This document shows positions 38,217-51,102 of a stretch of 64,000 bases of DNA, one piece after another. How positions within the stretch are numbered: position 1 is the first letter of the stretch; every line of letters begins with the position of its first letter. The notes under the pieces were generated by a model, which did not search any database, was not told where the DNA came from, and saw only the letters and a list, made by a program, of their open reading frames with translations. The stretch spans positions 47,864,001 through 47,928,000 of the forward strand of contig NC_042998.1 of the NCBI RefSeq assembly GCF_006345805.1, read 5' to 3'. A program made the position numbers and the translations under genes. This DNA is from Octopus sinensis. Its lineage: Eukaryota.

Positions 38217-39539
38217 GTTTCAAAAGTAAAAAACAATCTGAAAGAAAGCTACTTTTTCTATATCGATAAAGGAAATAGCAGAACGTAATCTATAGATTGC
38301 AAACCATTCTCTTTCATTTCACAAATCAATCAGCAAAGATCGTGAAACAAATTTTCCTAGCGAAGCTGATTAAATACACTCTTATTGAGTGAATGAATGA
38401 TTGCATGAGAGCATGTGTACATGCGTGTATGTATGTGCATGTGTCGGGTGGTATTTTAATTTAATGGTTTTAGTCAATGAAAATAAATTAGCACCCACGA
38501 CTTTTTTAAAGAGCTTTCCGAGGGTGGGGGTTATAATTCATCAGTAACGGAATTCTGACCCGAATAATTGTAACTAATTCTGCCAACGACATCCAAGGGG
38601 CAGATGGTTGTGTTAAACCTGTTGATCAATTAAGTTTATTACCCAAAATATGCTATGCTTTTGTTTATGTTAATCGTATAGAACCTTTTTCACCACCCCA
38701 CCATTAAAAAAATTTTTTTTTATACAATTATCATCCCTAAGTGATATTCATGGAGGCCAACAACATCGTTATATGTCCAGCCAGTTATGATGGAAACTTC
38801 TTCGTACGAAATATTTCAGTTTAGACTAAAGAAGCTTTTCGTTGACACAGCCTTAGAAAGCAAGAGTTTAAAATCGAAAGTTTGTACCACCCACCTAAAG
38901 AAGGGTTTTCTTCAGATCCAAGTTAGTTCTGGTCATATAAATGTAACCATTTAGTTAATTGTTAAAGGCAGTTTAAATCAAACTATATTATTTAGTATGG
39001 TTTATCCTATATTAAAAGGTTGCTTGGAATGATTTAAAAAGAAAAGAAAGACTGACATATATCTAGCAAATCATACGACCAAATGCAGGTTTACTTATAG
39101 ACTGTTGCTTTACATTCGTTTAATAACTATAATTTTCTACTTCTTTGGAATTCCAACACCAATTTGATAACATTAATGACAAAGAGTATTATTATATTTT
39201 TTCATTATTCAACTTATCTAATTTACAGAATCCGCTTTATGTGCTCAGCTTTTTTTATTCCCCCACCTCTACATTTGGACTACAAACTTAACCCTTTTGC
39301 TTGTTCAAAGCATTTTCATATGTTTTTCCTAAACGGCCAAGCTTTTGGTTGGCCCTTGTTTCATACATTCTGTGTAACATGAAGTTTTCTTTTAGTCCCA
39401 AAATTACTCAAGTAACTGAAAAAAAAATTGTGGATGTGTAACCACATATGATGCATGGACGCTGAGGAAATATGTCATGTGATACTCGGGACAGGCAAAG
39501 GGTTAAGGTTACTAACTTTTATATATATGTATATATATA

Positions 39540-39983
39540 TGAGCAAAAGGCCCCCCGTCCAATGGACAGAGCTGAGTTGTCAAACATTTAAACCAAATTT
39601 TCTCAAAACAACTTGTTCGACTGTCCCATAGGCCTCCTCTTTGAGAAACACTGATTTAACCTAAATTTGAGACACCAGCAAAAGAAGAAATAAAGATAGA
39701 CTTTTTTTCTATTCCAAAGAAAAACGATTTTATTCACACAAATATGGAACCGAAGAGTTTAAAGTACCAGTAATGATAAGGCTGTTGACTGGGAGAACAC
39801 ACCGGCTTTATCGATCGCATTCTCATCTGGAATCGATTTTTGTAATTTTTTCAAGACTTATACACGCCCAGATGGCGTCGGTATCTCCATATCAAATTTG
39901 AGTGTAATCGGATGGAGGATGCCAGAGATCTTAGAAGACACATACACAGAGAGACAGAACGGATTTCATATATATATATATAT
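39540..39983 (-). mobile_element. Non-autonomous Helitron-like element, family 2, copy 2
   Basis: Colinear with 33136-33500 apart from an extra segment of about 70 bp near 39730-39800. The terminus is CTCA. Confidence 0.6.
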
Positions 39984-40500
39984 GCACTAGACAATAATAA
40001 AAGACGTAGTTTAGGAAATCACAAATAGTAGAAATTACAGTTACTGAAGAATGTAGCTTCTTTGCTAATAATTAGTTCTGAATAGTCTCTAAGTGAAGAA
40101 ACTAACTTCCAACATTGAAATTCAAACAATTACGTAGTCACATTCTAAATTTAAGAGAAATCATAGTTATTTTCCCTATCTACTTACTGTCGCAATTTGC
40201 ACAACTGCTACTAAGTGCTTTTTCCTTTTCTAGTAGATATGCTCTTCCTTCTTTTATTTAACTCTTTGAATTCATCATATAAATTAAAGAACTATGGCGG
40301 GATGTATGTGTAGAGAAATGGGCGAGAGCCTTCAGTATAAACGTTGTCTGACAAAACACCCTAGTTGTTTCTGAAGTGTACAATAAAGTCTGCGATTAAC
40401 TAACAAATCTCATTGAATTTCTTTCCTCCCTCTGTCTATTTTATCTCATTCATTCATACACACACACACAGAGTCTAAAATGGATCGAGAACTTCAAAAG

Positions 40501-40571
40501 ATTGTTTTGGTACAATGGTAGAACGGCTGTCATGTTTACAGAAGACGAGGGGTCGAGTCCCACAAAAAGGT
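40501..40571 (+). pseudogene. Degenerate tRNA-like cloverleaf
   Basis: D arm GTAC-AATGGTA-GAAC, anticodon arm CTGT-CATGTTT-ACAG, T arm GAGGG-GTCGAGT-CCCAC. The acceptor stem is poor. Confidence 0.3.
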
Positions 40572-42566
40572 TTTCAACATAATATTTACATAAAGCTATA
40601 AAGCTATAATATTTATAGCTTTATTTGTTTCAAGATCCACCGTTCCATAAAAAAAAATAGAATCACATATATATTTCAAGTTTAGAAAGAAATAGTTGTA
40701 TCAAGTTACTCGCTAAACTTTAGAAAAGACTTGCTTCTCTTTTTTTTTTTTTTTTTTCCTAATCTAATTTCAGATTGAATTACAATGTTTGATAGTATTT
40801 TACTTCACTTCAGAATTTCAAAAATAAAAATTATTACTAATATATTTATGAATTTATAACCAAGAGAAATACAAAATAGGCTTCCAACGAAAGTTCTTTT
40901 AAACTGCTCTCGTTACTAACAATTCCTTAATGAAACAGTCGCGACTTCCAAGGCTGACCTCCACAACAGTGCAAGATATTTTTCTTTTCTGTCCCAGACA
41001 AGTATTTCAGGCCCGTTGTGTTTGCATTTGGAGGATGTTTTGATGGGAACGTTACACCAATATTCATTTTTAAAAAAAATTATTTATTTATTTATCTATC
41101 CCACGGTAAACCTCTCTACAGATGGTATTGTATATTGTTTTAGCAAGAACATCATGCCACATAGGAATGTATAACCTTAATAACATTTCGGGGCAGCTGC
41201 TGATTTTATGCGCAATGAATTCTACAGAAATGTGACACAATCTATATTTCGGTCACATATACATGCAGGATTTAATGATTTTTGTTTTGTTTTTAATTTC
41301 CCTTCAAAAGAGAAAGAGCCAAATTTTAATCCATAGACAGACGGGTAGCCATTACGTAAGTATCTATGTACGACGACAACGACGATGATAACCACGTATG
41401 TTCGTATTGTTTACCCACCAAATCACTTAAACTAGCAAACCTACAACCAAGAGCTTTCAAGCTGTGATCAACCCGTCTTAGATATAGACATAATGTCATT
41501 TGCCAGATATTTCTAACTAATCGAACGGTCAGAGAGGGGGCTAATTTGTTTTCTGGAGGCCTTTCTGATTAGAGATTACGAACAGGATAATTTCAAAAAG
41601 TTCTCGAACTTGATATGACCACAGACCAGAGAGTAGGGCTTTAGGTCATGTTCTACATTTATGGCTCTGTTGAAACCGCCAGCAACTGAACTCGTCTGAG
41701 ACTCAAGCAGGACGACAAAACCACCTTACACGCATTTGCCCAGTATCCGTGCCTTTGCTAATTGGTGGGTTTATATCAAAAAGAAGTTATCTCCAGTCTT
41801 TTTCTGCCTGTCGCCTAATGTGAAGAAGTGTAAAAGATGTAGCTGAAAGGTCTAAGGGTAGAAATTTTCTTCTTAGACCAAACCTCCATCAACATCTTGA
41901 AGAAGGAGGGTCTGCGCTTCAATAAATTGTATAAAAGTGAGTGGAAAACTTGGCGTAGTTAAGTGAGCCTACACTATGAAGTAATGCGTTGGCAATAAGA
42001 CAAAAGTCATCCTTTCTTAATTCAAGGTTCATTTCTAATAACTGGCCGATTTTTTTTTTAAATTGTCAAAATTATGAATGAACCAGCCTGGGACTACCAG
42101 TTTCTAGTAAAAAGATTATAAAGTGGTCGGACTGTGTATGTATGCGGAAAATTTATAAGTCTGCTGAAAGGAACGAGTAGTTACAAAAAGGTTTGTGATC
42201 GTTAAACAGTTTGACACAACTCTATTTTCTATGATTTGACAACAATCATCAGATCCCTCGACAGACCAACGCTGAAAGTTCGAATTGCAAAGAAAACAAC
42301 CTAACTAGTAATTTTAAACTTGATATAACGCACGCGTTTCCTCTTCGGAGAAGCTACTCCATCGGCTTATGTAATAGACACAATCGACTTACAGAAACGC
42401 GCATATGTTATTCAAAGATTAAAAGTACCAATCACATTTTCTGCGTTTACACACACGTACACATACACACAGAAACACACTCACACACACAGCGTGCGCT
42501 AGTGTAGATATTTAGTTGATGTCACAAATTTTCTCTAAATTTTCTATCCTTATGATTTTCACAGTA

Positions 42567-42607
<41 letters not shown>

Positions 42608-43072
42608 CAAATCAGCATTCTCGTTTCCATCGCTGGTTGGTATGTATGTATGTATGTATATACGTAGCCATTTCATTTTACTTAGATCGCTAACATGCTT
42701 TTGAGAACATCGCTAAAGTATGAACGAAACATTGTTTTTTCCCACAAGTCTCAAAATGCTGCTTATTCTCACACCAACTGCCATCTCGCTGGGCCGATCA
42801 AATATTACATTTTTCCTTTCTCTAGGGAGCCGAGTGTCAATTCAGTCGTGTTTACAACACTTTTTCGCGCATTTTTGTTGCCGATGTCAAAATGAAGCTG
42901 TTGTTTTTTAACCCCAGGTCATCTGTTTGAGCAGTGAGCAGTACATTCTTTTTTGCGTTTGCTTTTTATTTTGTATTATTGTTTTTTTTTCTTCCAATAT
43001 TTGATTCATTCACTTGACTGCGGTCATGCTGGAGTATGAGCTTCAAGCGTCTTAGGAATTTTTTTTTTTTTC

Positions 43073-43703
43073 ATCTTTTCCATTTGGCTGCCATGGCTTC
43101 AAAAATTTAAGTTTATCGAAAATTTTAAAATGTGGTAGTTTTCCGAGCTGAATTGCTGGAGATATTTCACTTTTTCCAGAAATTTTATTAAAAGGTAATA
43201 GAGGTTTAAAGTTTGATCATTTTCATCCAGTCAGGAAACAGAATTTGGAAACTGTCATTTTGTGCGGGACAGCACATGTTGTCAATATCTTGAAAATAGC
43301 ATGTGCCGACATTTGTATTCCACACGCGAAAAATGAGTAAACAACCTCTTTTGTAGTTTTAAGCATCCAATATCCATTTAATGCGATAAACAGCATATTG
43401 AGAATTAAATATTAAAACAAAAAAAACATTTAAGCATTCGATATGCATTTAGGTGGGTAAAAACAGAACAACGTCAACAAGTGGTTTCAATATATTTGTC
43501 AACACGTGCTTTCGCGCAGACAAAAGAGTTCTCATGTTCCGCTTGTTACTATGGAAACAGGCGTGAATGTGTTTATGGCTATACGATTGATTTATAGCGA
43601 AAATGATTTCCATGGCATTGATTAGCCTATAAGAGCGTATCATTACGCCGAATATGAAATCAGTTCGAAGTGATTTTGAAATTGGCAGCCAAACGGAAAA
43701 GAT
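43073..43703. mobile_element. Putative non-autonomous DNA transposon with 21-bp inverted repeats
   Basis: ATCTTTTCCATTTGGCTGCCA (43073-43093) versus TGGCAGCCAAACGGAAAAGAT (43683-43703), 20 of 21 complementary. Confidence 0.5.
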
Positions 43704-43894
43704 CTTTTTTTAAATTTTTTCTTGAAGTCTGCTACTTATTCGTTCTATTGTTCTTTGTGTGTGTGTGTTTTTTTTCCCCGACAAATCTCTAAGTGGAGAT
43801 GTAACAAATGCCGGTTGCTAAGCTGTAAGAAACGGCGAACCAAGCACAAGGTGCACGCGCGCGCGTGTACACACACACCTAATCATATGTATAT

Positions 43895-45020
43895 TCTTTT
43901 ATTCTTTTATTCGTTTGTCATTTTGACTGCGGCCATGCTGGAGCACCGCCTTAAAGGGTTTTAGTCGAAGCAATCGACTCCAGGACTTATTCATTGTAAG
44001 CCTAGTACTTAATTTATCAGTCTCCTTTGCTGAATCGCTAGATTATGAGACGGTAAACACACCAACATCGGTTGTCAAGCGATTGTGGTGGTAGTGAGGA
44101 GGAGGGACAAACAGACACAAAGACACACACACACAAATATATACATATACGACGGGCTTCTTTTAGTTTCCATCTACGAAATCCACTCACAAAGCTTTGG
44201 CCGGTTCGAGGCTGTAGCAGAAGACCCTTGCTCAGAGTGCCACGCAGTGAGACAGAACTCGGAATCATGTAGTTGAGAAGCAAGTGTATTTAGGGATAAA
44301 TTATTCAGGCGGGTACCGTACGAACACTCCGGCATAGTCAAGGTTCAGACTAACCGTAATGAGTAATAAGAAGCAAGGGTCAGCAATCCCGCTGCAATTC
44401 ATCCGATGGGTAAGCCCTGCATTCGCTTCACTGGATTATAAGAATTTACGGGTGTGTAATTGCTTTATATAGATACATACATGTGTGTGTGTAAGCTTGT
44501 ATGTATTCTTTTATTAGCTTGTTTCAGTCGTCAGACTGCAGTCATGGTGGGGCACCGCCTTGAAAAATTGATCCCAGTACTTTATTTTTTGTTAAGCCTG
44601 GTACTTATTGTATCGATCTCTTTTACCCAACCGCTAATTTACGGAGACGTAAACACACCAACACTGGTTGTCAAGAAGTGGCGGGGGGTGGGGGGGTGGG
44701 GCAAACAGACACACACAATATTTTACGACAGTTTACGACAGTTTCTGTTCACCAAATCCACTCGAGGCTTTGGTACGCCCGAGACCATAGTAGAAGACAC
44801 TGCCCAATGTGCAACGCAGTAGGACTTTATATACAGACAGACAGACAGACAGACAGGTAGATAGATAGATATATGTATACACGCACTCGAGCACATACAC
44901 GACAGATCTCCGCAGTTTCCGTGTACCAAATTCTCTTACACAACATTGTTGGATATCGGCCTGGAACTATATTAGAAGACACTCTTGTCTAAGGTGCCTC
45001 GCGGTAGATCTGAACCTAAA
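43895..45020 (-). mobile_element. Two SINE family B copies (about 43895-44290 and 44510-45020)
   Basis: Consensus matches, diverged. Confidence 0.72.
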
Positions 45021-46139
45021 CCCTCAACATTGAAAAAGCAATTAGAAAACGAAAAGAAAGAAAAAGAAAAGAAGAAACTCCAGTCATGACCAGCCAGTTT
45101 TATTTTCAGCACCAAGCCCTACATTATTTGATGTAGGCATATCATTTTTTAAGTAAACTTTTGACTGTTATTTCCTGCAGATCGAGGCAGCAGAGCAGAG
45201 CAGAATCGCTCCGTTGCTATGAGTTGAAATCAGAAATAATTTTCTATGTTGGTCACCCAGGAAGAAGAAATTGGATTGTTGTAGCAAGTTCTACTTACTG
45301 TCTACTTTATATACAGTCCTCACAAAAGAACCCGCAAACTACCACACCACCACCACCACTACCACTACCACTACCAGCTACCTGTGTTTCCATTCACCCT
45401 TTATGTTGCACGCAAACCCAAACACGAATACACGCCTTTATTCTCTTACCATACTTTCTCTGTCTCTCTCTCTCTCCTCCCTTTATATAAACATATGTGT
45501 GTACATGTTTACACACACATACATTAAGTGTGTGTGTGTGTGCATGTGTGTACGTATTTCGTTCTTCGCCAACAGCACAGACAGAGTAGGTGGGTGAACA
45601 ATTTTCGATGAGAAAGGGAAGATGTTAAAAAAAAATATAACAAAAAAAACCTATACACAAAATACCATAAGAAAAAAAAAGTGTAGAGTGTATGTAGAGT
45701 GTAGGGTGTAGGGTGAAATCTAGGTCGTGCTTTTCATACAGAAAACGCTCTCGGCCACCCTGCTTAGAAGAAAGAAACAAAGAATAACAAAAAAAAAAAA
45801 AAAGCTAAGGAAATACAAAAAGAAGAAAAAAAAAGAAAAGAAAAGAAACCACACACACACACACAAAAAAAACCAAACAAAAAATAACAACAAATTCCTC
45901 CATTCTCATTTGACAATGATGAAATTCCTGGAATGTTTCTTGTAAACATTCGCCAATAACATTTACCCATCTTCGTGTGTCTGTCAAATTAAGGAGGGGA
46001 GAAAAAATGTTTGGTTTATAAAGCTTTTTGTCATATTCTCTCTCTTAGTCTGCATGCAAATTTTTTTTAATTGTTTTATTTTCATTTATCTTTACGCACG
46101 CACGCACGCACATGCGCGAGCGCGCACACACTGAGAATC

Positions 46140-46512
46140 TTCTTTACTTTGTTTCAGTCATGACGCTGCGGCCATGCTGGGGGCATCGCCAATCGACCCC
46201 CACGCCAAGTACTTTTAATTTTAAGTTTGGTTCTTTATTCTATTGGGGATCTTTCGGCAGAACTGCTTCTTGCTAAGCGAGAAAGTAAACAAACCAACAC
46301 CGGTTGTCAAGTGGTGGTGGTGGTGGTAGGGGTAGTGAGGAGACAAAAACAAACAAACACACACACACACACACGACGGGCTTTTTTTTAGTGACTGTCT
46401 ACCGACCGAATCCACTCACGAAGTTTTGGTCTGTCCGGGTCTATAGTTAGAAGACACTTGTCGAAAGTTACAGGTTACGGGACTGAACCCGGAATAATGT
46501 GGCTGGGAAGCA
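46140..46512 (-). mobile_element. SINE family B
   Basis: Consensus match. Confidence 0.78.
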
Positions 46513-46929
46513 AACTTCTTACCACACAGCCATACATTTGTGTGTGTGGCGTGTGTGTGTGTGTGTGAATGCGCGCGCGCGTACATGCACGCACTCTTTC
46601 ACACACACATAAGTTATTTCGTACGTTTAAGTAATATAAATGTGTATATATATATATATATATTATATATATCCTTTCGGGGTCGATAAATTAAGTACCA
46701 GTTACGCACTGGGGTCGATGTAACCGACTTAAGCCCTTTGTCTGTCCTTGTTTGTCCCCTCTGTGTTTAGCCCCTTGTGGGCAATATCGGCCGGCTTTCC
46801 CCGATTTCAGCTCATCGTGTTTTTTCTGTAGCGAGTAAATATGTGGAACTTGACGATTTAAAAGTCTGTTATCAGCATATTGGCATAAAAATAATTTTCT
46901 TTAGCCCTCATTTATAAGTTTTATATATG

Positions 46930-46985
<56 letters not shown>

Positions 46986-47454
46986 TGTGCGCGCGCGTGT
47001 GTGCGAACGAAAGAAAAGACCGCTCAATACATTGAGTACAAATTATCTTAATAAGTAAATTAGCCGATGATTCATTAATACTAAAAGTTGCAGACACTCG
47101 TAAAACGATTGTGGTCTTTCATATGCCATTCATAGATTTTTATATACTGCATATATATCACACCCCCGCATTTCCAAGCTAACATAATTATCTAACATTT
47201 ATTTTAATTATATAATTATATACAGTTGTTAAAATACTTGCCACTGGCCACTCTGAGTAATTTCTTTTCGCTAATTTTTGGTTTTCATTGATGCAAATTA
47301 TCTAGGCCATGTGTGGCACCTTAAGGAAATGTCCTCTACGTTAAACTCGGGCCGATTAAAGCCCTGTGAGCGGATTTGGTAGACGGAAATTGAAAGAAGG
47401 CCGTCGTGTTAATCCCTATACATTTTTTCTTTCGTTTTGTTTTCTTTTGTTTTC

Positions 47455-47603
47455 GTTCTCTCTCCACTTTTTTCCTCACATCCCAAAATGGTCAAAGAGC
47501 GTAGGCTCGAAACATCAAAGACTTTCCCATTCTTCCCGAGCGTCAAACTAATACACCTGCTTGTACCCTTACCTGTGTTCGTCTTTTGTTCTCTGTAAAT
47601 TTG

Positions 47604-47607
<4 letters not shown>
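47455..47607 (+). mobile_element. Penelope pLTR-like unit with a hammerhead relic, ending in (TA)n
   Basis: Retains GAGC-gtag-GCTC-GAAAC-ATC but CUGANGA is lost. The downstream TTCCCGAGCGTCAAACTAATAC resembles the 55398-55590 unit. Confidence 0.5.
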
Positions 47608-47666
<59 letters not shown>

Positions 47667-47704
47667 AAAAAGGAGATGTGGAACACGAGTTGTGATATAT
47701 AAAA

Positions 47705-47866
47705 AAAGGAAATGAAGAAAATGCTGACAAAATAATTTAAGTAAAGGAGAGTGTATTTAATTAGGTGAAAGTTCTTTTTACCGGTTGCGGTAAAAAGAAC
47801 TTTCACCTAATTAAATACACTCTCCTTTACTTAAATTATTTTGTCAGCATTTTCTTCATTTCCTTT
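47705..47866. repeat. Perfect palindrome with 79-bp arms and a 4-nt loop
   Basis: 47705-47783 is the exact reverse complement of 47788-47866; the loop is GTTG. Confidence 0.92.
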
Positions 47867-48296
47867 ATATATATATATATATCTTGGCTTTAAGGGTATC
47901 GCGAAAGGCTTGTTTGGAGCCCCCCTTCCTCGTAAACACGTTTATAGAGCATGTTTATCGATGTAAACAATGGCAGAAACATACTTTTAGTTCATATAAG
48001 TGATATCTACCATTATATATAATTTGAACATTGATTTTCTTCTTACATTTCACTTCCACAAGATATATCTTTTTTTCAAGCCTTTAAGCTTTTCTTTTAA
48101 TTCACATATGGCTCTATATTTCTCATTTATTAGTTTTCTGTTTATTTCTTTCCTTTACGCCTTCTCTTTCTATAGGCTACCTTTGACTTTATATTCTCTA
48201 ACGGTTTTTAAAATAAACTTAATAGCGTTCCGTTCATCATTATACACATCCATCACATTCTGTTAAAATGTCTTATTGAAGAGTTTGGTTTCTTTC

Positions 48297-48383
48297 TTTT
48301 CCTGACGAGAAGATTATATTGTTTTACACCATTTTATTCCTTTGGAATAATATCAATGCAGTCTTCGAAACATATGTCGGAGG
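48297..48383 (+). ncRNA. Type I hammerhead motif with a long branched stem II
   Basis: CUGACGA (48302-48308), GAAGA...UCUUC stem enclosing hairpin UUAUUCC-uuu-GGAAUAA, GAAA (48367-48370), palindromic ACAUAUGU stem III, and GUC (cleavage after 48378). Stem I UUUUC/GGAGG is rich in G-U pairs. Confidence 0.65.
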
Positions 48384-48809
48384 TAAAAGAATTTGAATAA
48401 TACTTGCGTTTAATTCCATTTACTTATTTATTTATATATATTATACAAAATATTTCACATCCGGATTTTCTACCTTTACAAACAGGGTGTTGCGTCCTTA
48501 TTACTTGTGTGGTTTTTTTTGCTGCCCTGGTAACTGTTTATCTATTTTTACCGTGTTAATTGTAAATAAGGGGAAAATACACACATCCATTGTCCATTTC
48601 CTTGGTTTTGTGTTTATGTTTTCGTTTCTCATTGTGTTCGACGTTTTTTTTTTGGGGTGTCCTGTACCCATATATGCATGTAGAGGTAGGTACGTACATA
48701 TATGTATGTATATATGCATATGTTTTATTTTATTTATTAATGTATTATATATATATATATATACATGTAAATATTATATATATACATGTATTCACACATA
48801 TATATGTTT

Positions 48810-48842
<33 letters not shown>

Positions 48843-48919
48843 CATACATATGTACATACATACACATATACATAAATATATTACATGCATACATATATAT
48901 ACACACACATATACTAGAC

Positions 48920-49245
48920 CAGTGCTACTCAAAGCGGTATTCCACTGTCCGGTGCCGGTCCGTGAGCGATCAGCTGCCGGTACACGGCGAGTTTCCAGGA
49001 AAGAAACAAACCATAGCATTATTTCAGTATCTACGCCTTATGCATTGCAATAAATAACTCATCAGCTTATGCAATATTGTATTATTCGTTTACAAAATAA
49101 ATATCTAAAAATTGTCATCTTTTATTATATTCATTATAAATATTGTTTCCGGTATAAATTATTACTAAGACATAATACCGGTCCCTGTTAGATTGGAAGA
49201 AAAAAAAAGAAACTCCCGGTACGCCACATTGTTTGAGAAGCACTG
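48920..49245. mobile_element. hAT/Charlie-type MITE
   Basis: TIRs CAGTGCTACTCAAA and TTTGAGAAGCACTG, 13 of 14 complementary; no TSD visible. Confidence 0.7.
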
Positions 49246-49411
49246 ATCCGTGACTCGTTGGGTCACCAATAACTCGAGCTACCGGGTAAGTCTGAGTTTC
49301 CCAGCAAGGGAGTGGTTTCGGGAGTTTTTTTTTCCCCCAGGTTATTTCGCATGCTTTCAACGAATGTGACATCGAAATCACGCGTAAACGAACTCCCAGA
49401 AAAGGAAAGAT

Positions 49412-49519
49412 TTTGCTGCTATTTCTCGCTCGCTCTGATACCACGTAACAGGTATTTCGGGTCCTGTATCGCAAATAGCTGTTACGTGGTAGCAGAGCGA
49501 GCTAGAAATAGCAGCCAAA
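49412..49519. repeat. Hairpin with 45-bp arms and a 17-nt loop
   Basis: Three mismatches and one indel between arms. The outer motif TTGGCTGCTATTTCTAGC recurs, degenerate, near 28583 and 36498. Confidence 0.8.
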
Positions 49520-49840
49520 TGTTTTGAGCTGAGATAGATTGATTGAATGCACTCGAAAGAAACCTATAGAGATAAACTATTTCACACAGAGGTTACGAAC
49601 GGGTCTTTTGCGAAATATTCACCGTATTTTTAAAGTCATTTTCACTTAAAAAATATTTTGCCCATCATAATGTGTCCAATGAAAAGATTAGAGTTTCTTC
49701 ACATTTCAAGGGCACTTTACTTTCAAAATATTTTCCCATTATTCGCCGGTTTGGCTGTACAACATTGCAAGCAAACAAGACTGCAGTTTCATTTTCAAAG
49801 TAATATAGGACCCACACACACACACATGTAAATAAATAAA

Positions 49841-49883
<43 letters not shown>

Positions 49884-50162
49884 ATGATGTGTGACTGTAT
49901 GTATGGAGAATGTTTGTAAAAAGAAGGTAGCGTTAAGTTCATATTCGGTTGATTGACAAGTAAAGCAAGAAAGATAAAGAATAAACACACAAAAGAAAAA
50001 TACGAAAAAGATTGATTCTCTCATTCAGAGAGGCGAAATAGAGACGGGGGTGGATAGAGAGAGAGAGAGAGAGAGAGCACTCATTCAGTAAAAGATAGAA
50101 ATAGAGAAAGAGAACAAAAGCAACAAAGCGTACAAGCTACTCGCCTCCTCCTCCCACTCCCC

Positions 50163-50199
<37 letters not shown>

Positions 50200-51102
50200 T
50201 ATATATATATATATATGTATATATATCAGATATATATATATGTTTCTGTCTCTCGTTATCTTATAGGAAATAAATAAAAAAATAAAAAAACAGCTTTTTC
50301 TAATCCTATATTTTAACCCTCCCCCACGTTGTTCTCATTAAAAAAATAGATATATAAAAGCACTACTGAATGTTCTAATGACCTGGTTCTCACTGCGAAT
50401 GGGGGCCTTATGAGAGGGAGAATGGGGGTGGGGTGGGGGGATAAGAGAGGGAGGGACGGAGGGAGGATGAGAAAGAAAGAGCGAGCGAGGAAGGATGAGA
50501 GAGTGAGAAGGAGGGGTAGGGCAGAGTGAGAGAGAGAGCAAGCTGTTAGAATGTTGCTTTTACAAGGAGAATAAAAGGGGAAAAGAAAGAGAAAGAGAAA
50601 GAGAAAAAGAGGAGGCCAGTGCTCTTTTGCGGTGACGGCGGTGGAGGGGGGTGATGGTGGTGGTGGTGGTGGTTGTGGCTACGGTAACTTGATGGTAGTG
50701 GTGGTTTGTGTGTGTGTGTATGTGTGTGTGTGTGTGTGTTATGTTTTAGGGGTGGATGTAACAGAGTAGTAAGTAGTGTGATGTTGATGATGGTGATGAA
50801 GATAAGGCGGCGTAGGGTTGACGCTGAAGCGGAGGAACGAAGAACGAAGAACGAGAGAGACGAAATACTTCCAACGCCACAGTCTTTTTGTTCCTTTCTT
50901 TTTTGTCACCACCACCACCACCACCACTACCATTATTGTTGTTGTTGTTGTTACTGAGAGTTCTATGTGGTCGCTGGACTGTTAAGAAATAGCTTTACTA
51001 GGACTTCCGAGAGAAGCTGAGGCCCCAAAAGAGTTTCTGAACGGCATGCCACACGAAAAATTACATTGAATTTGTTTTTAGTAGTGTAGCCAGCATGATG
51101 AC

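Noticed and set aside
42826-42930. Strong plus-strand acceptor with a 34-codon open frame
   Set aside because: No recognisable protein or partner exon. Similar candidates near 32600-32720, 45181, 51900-52030 and 63121-63249 were also left uncalled.
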